The position numbers were made by a program, and so were the translations under genes. The notes under the pieces are model-generated. The model did not search any database and had not been told where the DNA came from. It saw only the letters and a program-made list of their open reading frames with translations. From positions 1 through 59,924 of the forward strand of contig JAGOQQ010000002.1 in assembly GCA_017991395.1 (NCBI GenBank): DNA of 59,924 bases, written 5' to 3'. This DNA is from Minisyncoccota bacterium. Its GTDB lineage: Bacteria > Patescibacteriota > Minisyncoccia > Phycocordibacterales > UBA9973. Positions 58,450 to 59,924 of this stretch are shown here, piece by piece (within the stretch, counting starts at the first letter, position 1; every line of letters begins with the position of its first letter).

Positions 58450-59924
58450 TTATTGCATTTCACTAGTACTTTCAGCACCCGCACCAGGTTTTTCGTACAC
58501 ATCGCGAGGCTTTGATCCGTTTGCAGGACCAACCACTCCATGCGATTCAAGTCTATCGATTATTTTTGCTGCACGTCCATATCCAAGTCCCATTTTTCGC
58601 ATTAGAAGTGAAGTCGATGCTTTGCCGTTTTCGATAACCACCAGTCGTGCTTCTTCGTATTTTTCGTCTTCAGCGTCTTCGTCTTCGATTGTTGATTCAA
58701 ATACTGATCTGTCGGCACTAATGCCACCTGTCATTTCGATAGTCGACGGTACTTCGTCTTTGTATGCATCCGCGAGGAATTTTACAATTTTCTTTACTTC
58801 ATCTTCTGATACGAATGCTGATTGAATACGTTTTGGAGCGCCTTCTCCATCAGAAAAGAGCATGTCTCCGGCACCAAGAAGTTTTTCGGCACCCGCTGTG
58901 TCGAGGATTGTTCGAGAGTCGACTTGTGTAGGCACACGTAGTGCGACACGAGTAGGTACGTTTGCTTTGATGAGACCTGTAATAACGTTTACCTCAGGTC
59001 GTTGAGTTGAAAGGATGAGGTGAATACCCACCGCTCGAGACATTTGGGCGAGTCGAACAATAGATGCTTCAAGTTCACGAGGGTATGTCTGCATAATGTC
59101 AGCAAGTTCGTCGATAATGATGACAATGTATGGCATACGAGGCATTTCATCGCCCACTTCATCTTCATGACCTTTCACCACATTGTTGTGGTACGACTCA
59201 ATATCTCGCACTGAAAATTTTTCGAGTACGTCATATCGCTTACTCATTTCTGTTGCAGCCCATTTGAGAGCTTGGATACATTTTTTTGCATCAGTAATTA
59301 CCGGTACGAGAAGGTGCGGAATTTTGTTGTACAGTGTGAGCTCAACGCGCTTTGGATCCACCATGATGAACTTCAAATCTTCAGGTCCATTGCGATAGAG
59401 AAGCGAAGTGATGATTGAGTGAATGGTGACAGATTTTCCAGACCCAGTCGTACCTGCAATAAGCCCGTGTGGCATTTTTGCAAGATTTGGAAAGTGTGCC
59501 TTGCCTGCAATATCTCGTCCAATTGCAACAGTGAGTGGCTTCGATGCATTTTGGAATTTTTCATCTTCAAGAAGAGATCCAAGTGATACGGTAGCTTTTG
59601 ATTTGTTTGGAATTTCTACACCCACGAGAGATTTTCCAGGAATCGGTGCTTCGATACGAATAGGGTGAGCCGCAAGTGAAAGGGCGAGATCATTTTGAAG
59701 TCCCACAATTCTTGAGAGCTTCACACCTTCTGCAGGTTTCAATGCATATCGTGTGACAGTCGGTCCAATTGTGATTTCATCCATTTCAACAAGAATGCCA
59801 AAATTTTGAAGTGTGCGTTTGATGATGTTTGAGTTTGATTTGATGTCACCGACATTTGGTTTGCCTTTGTCGCGTTCGAGAAGCGAGAGCGGTGGCGGTG
59901 TGTATTTTGTTGAAACATATTTAT
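58450..59924 (-). CDS. ftsK: DNA translocase FtsK/SpoIIIE (5'-partial; reading frame stays open to the window edge)
   Basis: GPTVTRY, Walker A GTTGSGKS, IIIDELADIM, TQRPEVNVITG, and a C-terminal winged-helix gamma domain. The frame upstream of the track Met translates as KYVSTKYTPPPLSLLERDKGKP... with no stop. Confidence 0.95.
   Translation of the reverse strand, partial: KYVSTKYTPPPLSLLERDKGKPNVGDIKSNSNIIKRTLQNFGILVEMDEITIGPTVTRYALKPAEGVKLSRIVGLQNDLALSLAAHPIRIEAPIPGKSLVGVEIPNKSKATVSLGSLLEDEKFQNASKPLTVAIGRDIAGKAHFPNLAKMPHGLIAGTTGSGKSVTIHSIITSLLYRNGPEDLKFIMVDPKRVELTLYNKIPHLLVPVITDAKKCIQALKWAATEMSKRYDVLEKFSVRDIESYHNNVVKGHEDEVGDEMPRMPYIVIIIDELADIMQTYPRELEASIVRLAQMSRAVGIHLILSTQRPEVNVITGLIKANVPTRVALRVPTQVDSRTILDTAGAEKLLGAGDMLFSDGEGAPKRIQSAFVSEDEVKKIVKFLADAYKDEVPSTIEMTGGISADRSVFESTIEDEDAEDEKYEEARLVVIENGKASTSLLMRKMGLGYGRAAKIIDRLESHGVVGPANGSKPRDVYEKPGAGAESTSEMQ

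Noticed and set aside
1-59924. Alternative genetic code (UGA recoding, as in some CPR lineages)
   Set aside because: Long conserved genes are intact under the standard code. TGA is used as a genuine stop followed by a terminator, e.g. 32703-32705.

Overview
AT-rich (roughly high-30s % GC by eye), gene-dense bacterial window that reads with the standard code. TGA is used as a stop followed by a terminator, e.g. at 32703-32705. Gene content is mostly housekeeping. It includes four aminoacyl-tRNA synthetases (argS, ileS, glyQS-type, metG), secE-nusG-rplK, rpsF-ssb-rpsR, efp, recA, recO, ftsK (5'-partial at the window end), tRNA-His, tatD and an FKBP isomerase. There is also a MacB-like ABC pair, an HlyD-like adaptor, an M16 peptidase and an AI-2E transporter. 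Many small or medium membrane-anchored hypothetical proteins and the missing rplA after rplK suggest a Patescibacteria/CPR (Parcubacteria-like) genome; this is inference only. The observations I rate highest are these. (1) ileS carries a complete histidine-phosphatase (PGM-family) domain inserted into its catalytic core, and is preceded by a T-box leader that itself contains a dispersed hairpin repeat. (2) Several families of short dispersed DNA repeats lie in intergenic regions: a 28-nt hairpin element, ~11-bp-period ACGCGGA arrays placed right after stop codons, and CTA/TAG-word repeats. Two of these families also occur in frame inside ileS and tatD. (3) A 2001-aa surface protein combines about 17 NHL repeats, an Ig-like module, six Cys-flanked DNDGDG repeats, and a membrane anchor interleaved with CarboxypepD_reg-like domains. 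(4) A nucleotide-metabolism block sits where rplA would be expected. It encodes dcd, a tandem-fused ThyX-like protein, a DUF1599 protein, dut and two stand-alone DnaA-domain-IV-like proteins. (5) A GC-rich structured non-coding region with a duplicated ~50-nt motif lies at the left edge of the window. No CRISPR array, integrase, transposase, reverse transcriptase or rRNA gene was seen.
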